DNA of 64,000 nucleotides from the NCBI GenBank assembly GCA_964016885.1, contig OZ024742.1:204104001-204168000 (forward strand), read 5' to 3'. Positions 15,001 to 28,240 of this stretch are shown here, in pieces. Within the stretch, counting starts at the first letter, position 1. Every line of letters starts with the position of its first letter. The DNA comes from Eledone cirrhosa (lineage: Eukaryota). Made by a program: the position numbers and the translations under genes. The notes beneath the pieces are model-generated. The model was not told the DNA's origin. It did no database searches and was given only the letters and a program-made list of their open reading frames with translations.

Positions 15001-18000
15001 AGATACTACATGTAGACTATAGCTGTGTTACAACAGTTATAACGGGGTAATGTATACTATATGTAGAATATAGCTTTGTTACAACAGTTATAACGAGCTG
15101 ATATATACTATATGTAGACTCTAGCTGTGTTACAACTGGTATAACGAGTTGAAATATACAATATTTCGACTATAGCTGTGTTACGACAGTTATGACGAGT
15201 TGTAATATATTATATGTAGACTATAGCTATGTTACAACTGCTATAACGAGGTGATAGATACTATATGTAGACTATAGCTGTGCTACAACAATTATAACGA
15301 GGTGATATATACTATATCTATACTATAGCTGTGTTACAACAGTTATAACGAGGTGTTATATACTCTATCTAGACTATAGCTGTGTTACAACAGTTATAAT
15401 GAGGTGATATATACTATATGTAGGCTATAGGTGTGTTACAATTGTTATAACGAGGTGATATATACTATATGTAGACGATAGCTGTGTTACAACAGTTTCA
15501 ACGAGGTGATATATACTATATGTAGACTATAGCTGTCTTACAATAGCTATAACGAGGTGATATATATTATATGTAGAATATAGCTGTGTTACAACAGTTA
15601 TAACGAGGTGATATATACTATATCTATAATATAGCTATGTTACAACAGTTATAAGAAGGTGATGTATACTATATGCAGAATATAGCTGTGTTACAACAGT
15701 TATAACGAGGTATAATATTCTATATGTAGACTATAGCTGTGTTACAATAGTTATAACGAGCTGATATATAATATGTAGACTATAGCTGTGTTACAACAGT
15801 TATAACGAGGTGTAATATACTATATCTATACAATAGCTGTGTTACAACTGTTATAACGAGGTGTAATATACTATATGTAGATTATATCTATGTTACAACT
15901 GTTATAACGAGGTGATATATACTATATGTAGTCTATAGCTGTGTTACAACAATTATAACGAGGTGATATATACTATATCTATACTATAGCTGTGTTACAA
16001 CAGTTATAACGAGGTGATATATACTCTATGTAGACTATAGCTGTGTTACAACAGTTATAATGAGGTGATATATACTATATGTAGGCTATAGGTGTGTTAC
16101 AATTGTTATAACGAGGTGATATATACTATATGTAGACGATAGCTGTGTTACAACAGTTTCAACGAGGTGATATATACTATATGTAGACTATAGCTGTCTT
16201 ACAATAGCTATAACGAGGTGATATATACTATATGTAGGCTATAGGTGTGTTACAACTGTTATAACGAGGTGTAATATACTATATGTAGACTATAGCTATG
16301 TTACAACAGTTATAAAGAGGGGATATATGCTATATGTAGACTATAGCTATGTTACAACAGTTATAACAAGGTGATATATGCTATATGTAGACTATAGCTG
16401 TGTTACAATAGTTATAACGAGGTGTAATATACTATATGTAGACTATAGCTATGTTTAAACTGCTATAACGATGTGATATATACTATATGTACACTATTTG
16501 CTATGTTACAACAGTTATAAAGAGGTGTAATATACTATATGTAGACTATAGCTGTGTTACAACTGTTATAACGAGGTGATATATACTATATGTAGACTAT
16601 AGCTATGTTTCAACAGTCATAACGAGGTGATATATAATATATAGACTATAGCTGTGTTACAACAGTTATAACGAGGTGTAATATACTATATGTAGACTAT
16701 AGCTATGTTACAACTATTATAACGAGGTGATATATACTATATGTAGACTATAGCTGTGTTACAACTGTCATAACGAGGTGATATATACTATATCTATACT
16801 ATAGCTATGTTACAACTGTTATAACGAGGTGACATATACTATATGTAGACTATAGCTATGCTACAATAGCTATAACGAGGTGATATATAATATGTAGACT
16901 ATAGCTGTGTTACAATAGTTATAACGAGATTATATATACTATATGTAGACTATAGCTCTGTTACAACAGTTATAATGAGGTGATATATAATATGTAGACT
17001 ATAGCTATGTTACAACAGTTATAACGAGGTGTAATATACTATATCTATACTATAGCTGTGTTACAACTGTTATAACGAGGTGTAATATACTATATGTAGA
17101 CTATAGCTATGTTACAACTGTTATAACGAGGTGATATATACTATATGTAGACAATAGCTATGTTACAACAGTTATAACGAGGTGTTTTATACTGTATGTA
17201 GACTAAAGTTGTGTTACAATAGTTATAACGAGGTGATATATATAATATGTAGACTATAGCTATGTTACAATAGTTATAACGAGGTAATATATACTATATG
17301 TAGACTCTAGCTGTGTTACAACAGTTACAACGAGGTGATATATACTATATGTAGACTATAGCTGTGTTAAAACAGTTATAATGAGGTATAATATACTATA
17401 TGTAGACTATAGCTGTGTTACAACAATTATAACGAGGTGTAATATACTATATGTAGACTATAGCTATGTTACAACTGATATAACGAGGTGATATATACTA
17501 TATGTAGAATATAGCTGTGTTACAACAGTTATAACGAGGTGTAATATACTATATGTAGAATTTAGCTGTGTTACAATAGTTATAACGAGGTGATACATAA
17601 TATGTAGACTATAGCTGTGTTACAACTGTCATAACGAGGTGATATATACTATATGTAGACTATAGCTGTGTTACAATAGTTATAATGAAGTGATATATAC
17701 TATATGTAGACTATAGCTATGTTACAACAGTTATAACGAGGTGATATATACTATATGTAGACTATAGCTATGTTACAACTGTTCTAACGAGGTGTAATAT
17801 ACTATATGTAGAATATAGCTGTGTTACAACTGTCATAACGAGGTGATATATACTATATGTAGACTATAGCTATGTTACAATTGTTATAACGAGGTGTAAT
17901 ATACTATATGTAGAATATAGCTATGTTACAATAGTTATAACGAGATTATATATACTATATGTAGACTATAGCTGTGTTACAATATTTATAACGAGGTGAT

Positions 18001-18852
18001 ATATACTATATGTAGACAATAGCTATGTTACAACAGTTATAACGAGGTGATATATACTATATGTAGACTATAGCTATGTTACAATAGTCATAACGAGGTG
18101 ATATATACTATATGTAGACTATAGCTGTGTTACAACAGTTATAACGAGGTGATATATACTATATGTAGACTATAGCTATGTTACAACTGTTATAACGAGG
18201 TGTAATATACTATATGTAGACTATAGCTGTGTTACAACAGTTATAACGAGGTGATATATACTATATGTAGACAATAGCTATGTTACAACAGTTATTACGA
18301 GGTAATATATACTATATGTAGACTATAGCTGTGTTACAACAGTTATAATGAGGTGATATATACTATATGTAGACTATAGCTATGTTACAACAGTTATAAC
18401 GAGGTGATATATACTATATGTAGACTATAGCTATGTTACAACTGTTATAACGAGGTGTAATATACTATATGTAGAATATAGCTGTGTTACAACTGTCATA
18501 ACGAGGTGATATATACTATATGTAGACTATAGCTGTGTTACAATAGTTATAATGAGGTGATATATACTATATGTAGACTATAGCTATGTTACAACAGTTA
18601 TAACGAGGTGATATATATACTATATGTAGACTATAGCTATGTTACAATAGTCATAACGAGGTGATATATACTATATGTAGACTATAGCTGTGTTACAACA
18701 GTTATAACGCGGTGATATATACTATATGTAGACTATAGCTATGTTACAACAGTTATAACGAGGTAATATATACTATATGTAGACTATAGCTGTGTTACAA
18801 CAGTTCTAACGAGGTGATATATACTATATGTAGACTATAGCTGTGTTACAAT
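1..18852. repeat. Satellite array, ~51-bp monomer (49-52 bp variants) with higher-order repeats; runs off the window start
   Basis: Consensus GACTATAGCT(G/A)TGTTACAACAGTTATAACGAGGTGATATATACTATATGTA repeated head-to-tail without spacers, ending abruptly near 18852. Confidence 0.98.
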
Positions 18853-18950
18853 ATATCAATTCAATATTAGCAATGGTGAAGAAAGAAAATAAAGTGCAAC
18901 GTATAAAGCAATAAAATACAAAGAAATACTGAATAGAAGAAACAATTAAG

Positions 18951-19463
<513 letters not shown>

Positions 19464-19928
19464 AAACATATTTATATCTGTTTTAATAAACCCAGTTCAT
19501 GTTAGAATTGTTTGAGTGGTAATTTAAGAATGTTTGTGTTGTGATGTCTTATTCCCTGTCTCTATCTTTCATACACAGTGTTGACAACACATATCCACCC
19601 TCTCGTTAGTAATATAGTAACAATATCTATAGCTATCTCCCTAAATATGTGTGTCAATGTGTATATGTTTCTGTGTGTATGTGTATGTGTGTACATGCAC
19701 ACATAGAGAGAGATGTAGTGGCCAACGGCTATGTCCCTATCGAGCTTCGGAAAATAAAACATTATCCATCTATCTATCTATCTATTTATTTATTTATTTA
19801 TTTATCTACCTGTCTGTCTATTTCTCTACCTATCTACCTATCTATTTATTTGTTTATCTATCTGCGTTTCTCTCTATCTCTCCATCTACTAGTCTATCTA
19901 TATTTTTGTCTATCTGTCTATCTATCTC

Positions 19929-20876
19929 GCTGACGGAGCTGCAGTCCTGGGTCAAGAAAAGACCGAAAACGATGGGCGCCTGGCACATTGAATGCGCTCA
20001 GGCGCTCACAGTCATCTGGCAAGCGGGCGCAGCAATCAGTGGAGACTCCACTTTGACATTCTATAGAGGGATTGTACGTTACAAGGGTGACGACGAGCTC
20101 GGAGAGACTCTGGCCGTCGAAGACGATGAGCTTACCAGTCTGTTTGGTAGGACTTCCAGAGATCCCTGGCCTGTCGAGCTCTACAGGTTCGTGACAAGAT
20201 CTACAGGCACGGACGCCCCGGCAAGGATCCTTCCAAGAGGATGTGTCCAAGATGCGCGCAGGACATTGAAACAGTCCTGCACGTAACCGACTTGTGGAAC
20301 TATGCAGAACAACTGCTGTCGCGTATGGGACAAATCCAGTTGACTGCCGAGTCTATAGTAAGGATCAAACCTCCAGCCTCTTTCAAAAACGAAAGAGAGG
20401 CAGTTTTCCTCTGTCCGGTGGCTATGGTGAAAGAAGTTATATGGTGGACGAGATTGAGAGGAATGAGGACAAATGCCTTTCTCTCTGGACAACAATTGAT
20501 TCCCTTCTTTAAGTATCACTTTAGAAGGAGAATCAGAGTGGAGAGAGAGGCACTGCACCCCAGTAAATTTACTGAAAGGTGGGTGAATGAAGCGAAAATG
20601 GCCCGAGTGATTGGGCCTTCTCTGTTTATAAGCCTGTAGGTTGAAGAAGAGAGCAAAAGGAAGAAAGGGGCACTTGCACAACACGCTCCTGAAGTTGAGG
20701 GTTGTTCTATCGACAGGGTGTTAAACAACCCATTTGTGGCGTCTCCCTCCTATTGGGGATTTCGATTGTTGTAGTTGTTTGTTTTTATATTTTTTACACG
20801 ACGACTGTATGTAAAATCCCCGGCATGTCTTTGTATTGTCCCCTTTTCTTGTGCGCCCTTGTGACAAATAAAGAAA
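19929..20876 (+). mobile_element. 5'-truncated 3' end of an L1/Tx1-like non-LTR retrotransposon (decayed ORF2 C-terminus and 3' UTR)
   Basis: CPRCAQDIETVLH...LW resembles the zf-RVT CxxC...E...H motif; GC-richer coding-like stretch; ends in AATAAAGAAA; flanked by (TATC)-like repeats. Confidence 0.62.
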
Positions 20877-20982
20877 TATATCTATCAATGAACCTTCCTA
20901 CTTACCTAGATATGTGTATATGCGTGTTTGTTTGTATATAAGTGTGTTTGCGTGCGTGTTTACGTGTGTGGGTGTTTGTGTG

Positions 20983-22122
20983 TCAGGTTGTAACGAAAGT
21001 TCTGACTGTTTTTTTTTTAAACGTATCTAACTTCTCAATTATATTTGGAATATGCCGAAATCACTAATGTTTTATTTTCTTTCAGATTTTGTCAAATATA
21101 TTTTTATTGAAGCTGTTTCGTTGGCGCCAAGTTCAATCCAAGTGAATTTCTAAAACGTAATAGTGCAAACATCACTCCAAAACATTAATGAAGATGATTT
21201 AGTGACTGAAACAGGGACTACAGCCTTTGGATAAATCAAGAAAAGAGAGCTCAAGAGGGCTGGATTTTGACACATTGGAAGCCGCTGTTGATGCTAACCC
21301 GATCATTACAGTTCGGGAACTAAACATGGACTTTAATGTGAGTTATACCACCAGTCATCCTGAAATGAAAAGGTTTGGTAAATTGTCAAAGGATGGAAAA
21401 TGGGTTCCGCGTGATATCTCTGCAGACGATCGCACACAAACTGTTGACTGCTGTGCATCATTGCATTCTCGTGAGCTGCAAATGCCTTTTTTAACAGAGT
21501 CATTACTGGAGATGGGAAATTGATACTTTACTATAATGTTAAGCGAAGACTCTGTGGCTTAGTTGAGATGAAGAGCCAGTTCACCAACCCAAAAGGAAGA
21601 TACTTCTAAGTATGTGGTGGGGATATGCGGGGAATAGATCACCACGTGCTTCTAGGTGATAATCAAACAATAACAGCTGAGTTCTGTTGTCAACAGCTAA
21701 GACATTTGACAGCAGCTTTACACAAAAATACCCATCATTAAAAAACAGAAAAGGAGTCATCCTTCATCATGATAACGCTAGACCTCACACTGCATAAAAG
21801 ACCAAAGATCTCATAGAAAAATAAGCCTGGAAAATGATTTCCCAAACCTAGCACCAACAGATTACCATCTCTTTAGAAGTTTGCAAAATCATTTAAGTGG
21901 ATTTCGGCTTACTTCAAGAGAAGAGGTAAAAAATTAGTTATTTGCCTTTTTTAGTTCTAAACTTAAAGAATTTTATGAACGTGACATTAAAACACTTATA
22001 GACAGATGGAGAGAGGTCATAGACAAACAGGACGACTACATTAACGATTAAATAAATCTAATATTGTGTTTTTTATTGTTTTTTTTTCTTTGAGACTTAA
22101 AAGAACTTTCGTTACAACCTGA
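20983..22122 (+). mobile_element. Mariner DNA transposon, defective
   Basis: Perfect 21-bp TIRs TCAGGTTGTAACGAAAGTTCT (20983-21003 and 22102-22122); TA on the right flank, TG on the left. Confidence 0.93.
21227..22050 (+). pseudogene. Mariner transposase pseudogene (frameshifts and stops)
   Basis: Motifs WVPRDI (cf. WVPHEL), TGDGK (cf. TGDEKW), HHDNARPH and PNLAPTDYHLFRSL (cf. YSPDLAPSDYHLF). Confidence 0.9.
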
Positions 22123-22129
22123 TATATAA

Positions 22130-22161
<32 letters not shown>

Positions 22162-22323
22162 TTATATGCCAACACAAGAGCAAGAATGCGGGGTCATTCT
22201 ACTGACATGGCTTAAAGAAGCTGTTTGCATAATTGCAAACGAATCGAATATTATTATTAATATTTAAAAAAAAAACAGATTACATTTATTGTATTCAGCC
22301 ATGTAGGGCGATAAAACTATTTG

Positions 22324-22363
<40 letters not shown>

Positions 22364-22370
<7 letters not shown>

Positions 22371-22548
22371 TAAAAAGGAAAAAGAAAAGGCTGAAAAATT
22401 TTTCCCAGTGAAAAATAGTTTAATTAGGAATAAGTATAACTTAGTAATAAGTATTAGTTAGTATTCAGACTATTTTTCACTGGGAAAAATTTGTCAGCAT
22501 TTTCTTTTCCTTTTTACTAATATATCACAACTCGTGTGTCACACCTCG

Positions 22549-22552
<4 letters not shown>
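22364..22552. repeat. Fold-back element in (TA)n, ~55-bp inverted arms; same family as 30078-30348; probable PLE 3'-end remnant
   Basis: 22364-22419 is the reverse complement of 22469-22523 with a few mismatches; shares arms and the CACAACTCGTGTGTCACACCTC tail with the 30.1-kb copy. Confidence 0.8.
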
Positions 22553-22587
<35 letters not shown>

Positions 22588-22738
22588 GTGTTGCCCAGGT
22601 TTATAGAATCGATTAAAAAAGTCCTTCTCCATTAAATGACATACCACTATGCAGTTGCAGCCTTACCTACTACTTGAAAGATTCATACATTTACTTTTAT
22701 ATATTACAACATGTACACACACACGCACACACACACAC

Positions 22739-22788
<50 letters not shown>

Positions 22789-22828
22789 TGTACACTCAGA
22801 CATACATACATAATATATGTATTTGTGA

Positions 22829-24065
22829 AACCGAGGCTACAGTAAAAGATATATGCCCACAATGATGCGCCGTGCCGTGTGACCGAACCCGAAACTTTGT
22901 CTTGTGACACTAAACTCCGCCAGTTGCAGACTGCGCACCAACATGCTCGATCACCAATAGCAGAGTTTAAAGAGCAAAGATCAAGTCCGGTCCATAAGTT
23001 AACATTGTCAAGCCATCGTTTTGGCTGCCGGCCTCTGCTTCCTTAATGGCCAACCTTCCTTCCAGGCATAACCTATTCACACCACGAGTTGATCTTTTTA
23101 TATGGCCTTATAGTTTGAGTATTCTTGACTTGACAATTGATGTAATTGGTCTAAGAGTTTGGTAATGTCGTGCAGCTCACTGATACAGATAGCGTCGCTG
23201 AGCCGCTTGCCAGTCATAAGTCTCATGATGTGGTTCTGGAATGTAGAGAGCTTCTGAAGTGACTTTGTCGCACAATTAACACAGTCAAGACCATATAACA
23301 CAACTGGTAGGATGTAAGTATCAAATATCTTAGCCTTCAAATGATAGGAAACTCGTTTTGATGTCAGGACTTCCTTGTTCTTGTTGAAAGCTGCCCAACC
23401 TAGAGCGATTTGATATTGCGCAGCAACCATTCCAATGTTGTTTGATGATAGTTTGTGACCCAGATATACAAACTCTGTGACTTGAGCAATTTGCTGGTTG
23501 TAGATTGTGAGTTGGAGATTGGAATTGTTTTTATCAGTTGTGATACATTTTGTTTTGGACATGTTTATGTGTAAGCCAGCCTCCAGCGAATGTTTGACCA
23601 GTCTTGCAGATCAGTTCTAGAGTAACTCATGATGGCCAGATCGTCTGCATAGCTAAGATTTGATAGGATTTTACCGCCTATTTGATAGCCAAAGGAGCAT
23701 TCTTCTTCAGTTTGGTAGATAAGTGTAGCTAAAACTTACCAGAAAAGAAGTGCTGATAGTACTTCATCAACTCAGAAGAAACAACCATTCATGATTCGAC
23801 ATCAGATGCCATTCCAGCTACCTTAGCTAGTGAGATATTTCATGCCATCAAAAATTTGAAGCGTGTAAAAAGCCCTGGACTGGACAACATATACTCAGAA
23901 TTCATCAAAGCTAGAGGTGAACCAATCATCAAAGCACTTCAATATCTCTTTAACTGTATTATCACTACAGGAAAAAGCCCATACATGTTCAAGAAAGCAT
24001 TGATAGTTGTACTCTACCCGAAACTACGTGGTTTCTAAACGAGCCTATTAACCACACAGCTGCGT
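22829..24065 (-). mobile_element. Degenerate tRNA-type SINE split by a LINE insertion (pieces ~22829-22896 and ~24016-24065)
   Basis: Minus strand joins as ...GCTGTGTGGTTAATAGG...GTAGTTTCGGGTTCGGTCAC..., resembling A-box and B-box, across the duplicated ACCCGAAACT. Confidence 0.5.
22897..24015 (-). mobile_element. RTE-like LINE fragment with 5' inversion and 10-bp target-site duplication
   Basis: Minus strand gives GYQIGGKILSNLSYADDLA, FVYLGH and ILPVVLYG; plus strand ~23735-24015 gives KSPGLDNIYSEFIK (upstream RT region); TSD ACCCGAAACT at 22887-22896 and 24016-24025. Confidence 0.85.
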
Positions 24066-24682
24066 CAATGATTGTGCCATTCAATTTATTTACAGAGAAT
24101 ATTTTCAAAAAGGTTAATATCTTTATTTCTTTGTTCCATTCCCAACAACACTCATTAAATTCTGTATCAATTATTCAATTTTCTCAGTTAAAACTACAAC
24201 TATATTTATCTCCCTTGTTCTTAACCTCTTTAAATATTCTTCATGTATTCACATAACATGCAAACTGTTATCAAACACACAAGAAATAATAGAAAATTTG
24301 CTGTTCATGACAGCTTCGTGATGAATGTCGATTTTTAATCTTATTTCGAACAAAGGTGAATATTCTTCCCCTAATTAATTTTCAAAACTCATTATTATCA
24401 ATATAAAATCATTAATTTTTTATAAGCATTGTTTTTTTTTTCATCCTTTTCAGATTTTCTTCTCATTTATTTATTTATTTTCTTATTATTTTCTGTTAGT
24501 GGTTTCATACATGGGCCTGGGATATAGCCTTAAAAGAAATTAGTAGATCTGGTATTTATTTCATCGATCTCCTTTTCTTGAACCGCTACATCACGGGACA
24601 TAACAGAGTTGCCGAAACAAACCTAAACACAATCAGAAAGACACGCGTATATATACATTCACACCTACACATCCACATGTAT

Positions 24683-24754
<72 letters not shown>

Positions 24755-24757
<3 letters not shown>

Positions 24758-25717
24758 AATATCTTAAAGTCGTTTGGAAGCCTCGACAATGCAAATGGGT
24801 AAATCTCCGGGTAACAAGATCCGGTGGTGGAGAGAGAGATGTAAGTGGGTGTACGTTGAGATGCGTGGTGTGTATAAGATGTATAAGATGTGTAGAATGA
24901 AGGGGAGAGTAAAAGAATAAAAATAATAATAACAACACAAGAGAGAGTTACCTTGGGAGAGATTTAATAGTCCCTATATATTTCGGATTCACATCCATCA
25001 ACTGGGGGTTTTTTCCGGGGTGGGGGAAAAAGGTTGTCTGTCGGACAGGTGCGAAACGCGTCCTCCGCTGTTTGTTGTTTTGAATATCTGAGGTATTCGG
25101 AAGAGCGCACGTGCGGTTGAAATGGGGTCGGTCGGGCAGAGGTCAGCGGCCGAATGAGGGACTGGGATGGCGCTAGCTGTCAGTCCATTCTCTGCCTGTT
25201 TGTTAAAATGTTACTGTGTGCGTGCGTGTGTTGTTGTCTCGCTTGAGTGTGTGTGTTGTTGCCTTGTTCCTCTGTATTGGCAGTGTAGTATGTTCGTATG
25301 GTGGAATGCTACTGTGTGTGTGTGCGTGTGTGTGTGTAGTTGTCTCGTTTGTGTGTGTGTGTGTGCGCGTGTGTTGTGTGTTGCTGCATCGTTTGTTAAC
25401 TTAAACCAGCCATCTCATTTCGCTTCTCTCTGATCGGTTGTTTATTTGCGGTTGCAGGCGTTTGATAAAAAGCGCTTCCTTGATACGTAACGTGCCGATG
25501 TTTCTTTCAGTCGCTAGAATTGTGACAATGGGCCTTCCGTCTTTGTTTCCGCATTTGTCTATGTGTTTCCGGAAAGACGAGGCCCTGGTTTTAGTGTGTT
25601 CCTTGATCCGGATGTGCAAAGGTCGGAGATTTACCCATTTGCATTGTCGAGGCTTCCAAACGACTTTAAGATATTTACTTATTATTCCACAATGCTTCAA
25701 GCAAACTTCAATACTCT

Positions 25718-25720
<3 letters not shown>
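24755..25720 (-). mobile_element. 5'-truncated Penelope-like element (GIY-YIG C-terminus and 3' UTR) with an inverted copy of its 3' end
   Basis: RPLHIRIKEH...LRIKEALFIKRLQPQIN (25401-25623, minus); 55-bp inverted repeat 24755-24809 / 25624-25678; (TA)n on both sides. Confidence 0.85.
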
Positions 25721-25786
<66 letters not shown>

Positions 25787-25858
25787 CGGGTAAAATTCCC
25801 GAGATCCATGGACGAGTTCTCTCCAGCGGTCTCTCTCCCTCATTATCGCTGCCATGTC

Positions 25859-25896
<38 letters not shown>

Positions 25897-27288
25897 GATG
25901 GGTCTCTGGAGTTTCCAGGAACTCAAAACCACGTGGTTCCGCCTGTACCTTTATTTATTTTGTCCCTTTCACATAAATATTCCAATTTCGATTTTGCTAA
26001 TCATTGATAGTCAACAGCTTTTATTTTATTCTCTACTTGGAAAAATCGATTAAATTCGTTAATGCTAAAACAATTCCTAGAAATGTCAATGATTTAATCT
26101 TTCCACTATGTCAATATAATTGATAGTTTTTGAAAGGTTTAGTTAGTCAAATCGATTAAAGTTGCCAGATGCTGATTTCTAATCTACAGTCAAAACTGCG
26201 CAGTAACCCTAACGAATATACCCTCAACTCAATAATAATTCAATTTAAACTTGATTGCAAATAAAAACAGAAAATGAGAAATAGCATTGTCTTTTCTCAC
26301 TTCCTGAAATGTAGTTTCACTTCTTGAAATGTGGTCCCAGCAATCAGAGTGTCGAATGCGTTACTCTGGGGAATAGTGAGGGAGTTGCGCTGAAAGTACC
26401 AGTCCAACCTGTTAGGCTGATACCTGCCGTTAGTCAAGTCTATGACAATAGCAGCAAGTAGGAAAGTGGCTCAGGGACTCCGGTCGCCAAATCATTCCAC
26501 CGCTATATATTCGATGGTAAACCGATATTTCAATCATTTGCGATCATCAGATTTGGCACGCAACATAGCTTTGTCTGAGGCTGAATTCACCAGGTTGCTG
26601 TTGGAGAAAGTATCGCTGCATCACAGATGCGGAGCTTACCCCTCAGTAAGGGAAGATTATAGTCAGATCACAGATGCGAAGCCATATAACCATAGCAGGT
26701 ATACAAAAGATGTGGGTTCATCCTTTTTTTCCATTCAGAGGATTTTTTTAAATCCCAAACAACAGACTAATTCTATTTAGTCAAATACGGTGTAAGCACA
26801 TGTTACTACCTAATTTACATATATATATTTATAGTTATGTAATAAACAACATAAGGCAATTATTTCATTTACAAGTGATTTCTTAAAAGCAAAAAATCAT
26901 CAGAATGAAAAAATCCTGGCGTATTTTGGCGTACATTGGATTTTAAAAACAAAAATGCAATCTATATGAAAGTGAGGCTGGAGAAGGAAGAAGGAAAGGA
27001 AAAATAAAATAAAAACAAACATGCAAACACACACACACAATTATATACATACACACATATATATAAATATATATACATACACAATACATACACACACACA
27101 CACACATATATATATGTGTATATATATATATACACATACATATACACATACATACACACATAAATATCAACATATCCATACATACACATACATATATACA
27201 ACCACACACATATATATACATATATATATAAAAATATAAATATATATATATGCATACATATAGCCATACACACATACATAAACATTCT

Positions 27289-27900
27289 TACATGGTGGCT
27301 GCCAACTCGTTCTCGAGTACGGCCACTACTTTATATCCATGTAGGAGAACCCCTATCGATGCGCTGAACGCGTGTGACTTCTTAGTCCAGCCAGCGACTT
27401 GAAAACTCTGGTACAAACACTACACTTGTGACAATTATTGACACATAGTGCTGGGCCCATGGTACCATGTGATGACAAGTGCAGAGAGATCTCCAGATAT
27501 AAATCAATGCCTGTGCCGTGAAGCTTTTATAGTGAGCAAAGGCACTGCACAAAGCCAGTCCCACTCTCTTAACCAAGATGATATTTACCAAAAAGAAGAA
27601 CAAGTCAACATCATTGGATACCATCAGGGTTGCAGGTGTTATATCAGAGTTTTCCTTCTCCTAGAATTCTGCCTTGACAAAGGCTAAGGGGTCATCTCTC
27701 CCGGGGATTTTGGATGGCCATTGACTCTTAAGAGCTACTTTGCCCTTTGACAGGTTTTGTTTTTAGTCCTGCAGGATGTCCAAAGTCACCCTCCTCACCA
27801 AGAAACCTTGGTGGGGTTGCCAGTTTAGTCGCCAACGACCCGACCATGAGACAGGTTGTACTGGGATACATGTTACCAGTAGCACCAACTGGTGACCTGA
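27289..27900 (-). mobile_element. Non-autonomous bipartite RTE derivative (5'-UTR-like part joined to RTE 3' tail), ~610 bp
   Basis: Shares CTAGGAGAAGG...CGATGATGTTGA...GAGAGTGGGA-like blocks with the RTE 5' UTR at ~34390-34560; ends in TGGCCGTACTCGAGAACGAGTTGGCAGCCACCATG, like the RTE 3' end at ~38600-38632. Confidence 0.72.
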
Positions 27901-28066
27901 CATACATACATACATACATACATACATACATACATACATACATACATACATACATACATACATGATGGCTGCCCCCTCGTTATCGAGTATGGCCATTGCA
28001 CAAGAAAAAAAAATAAATAAATAAATAAAATAATAATAAATTTAAAAAAAAAAAAAAAAGGGAAAA

Positions 28067-28111
<45 letters not shown>

Positions 28112-28199
28112 CACACACATACATATACATACATACATATATACACACACACATACATACACATACACTCACACATATATACACACATACATTAATAAC

Positions 28200-28240
<41 letters not shown>

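Noticed and set aside
1-18852. CRISPR array, or a coding repeat (ORF 1880-2092)
   Set aside because: Monomers are contiguous with no unique spacers and no cas genes; the short ORF is a chance reading of the repeat.
27784-27897. HDV-like ribozyme at the 5' end of the bipartite element (GGTCACC/GGTGACT with a G-U pair, CTAA-ACTGG)
   Set aside because: I could not place P3/L3 and P1.1 in the required nested order; an Infernal or RNArobo search would decide.
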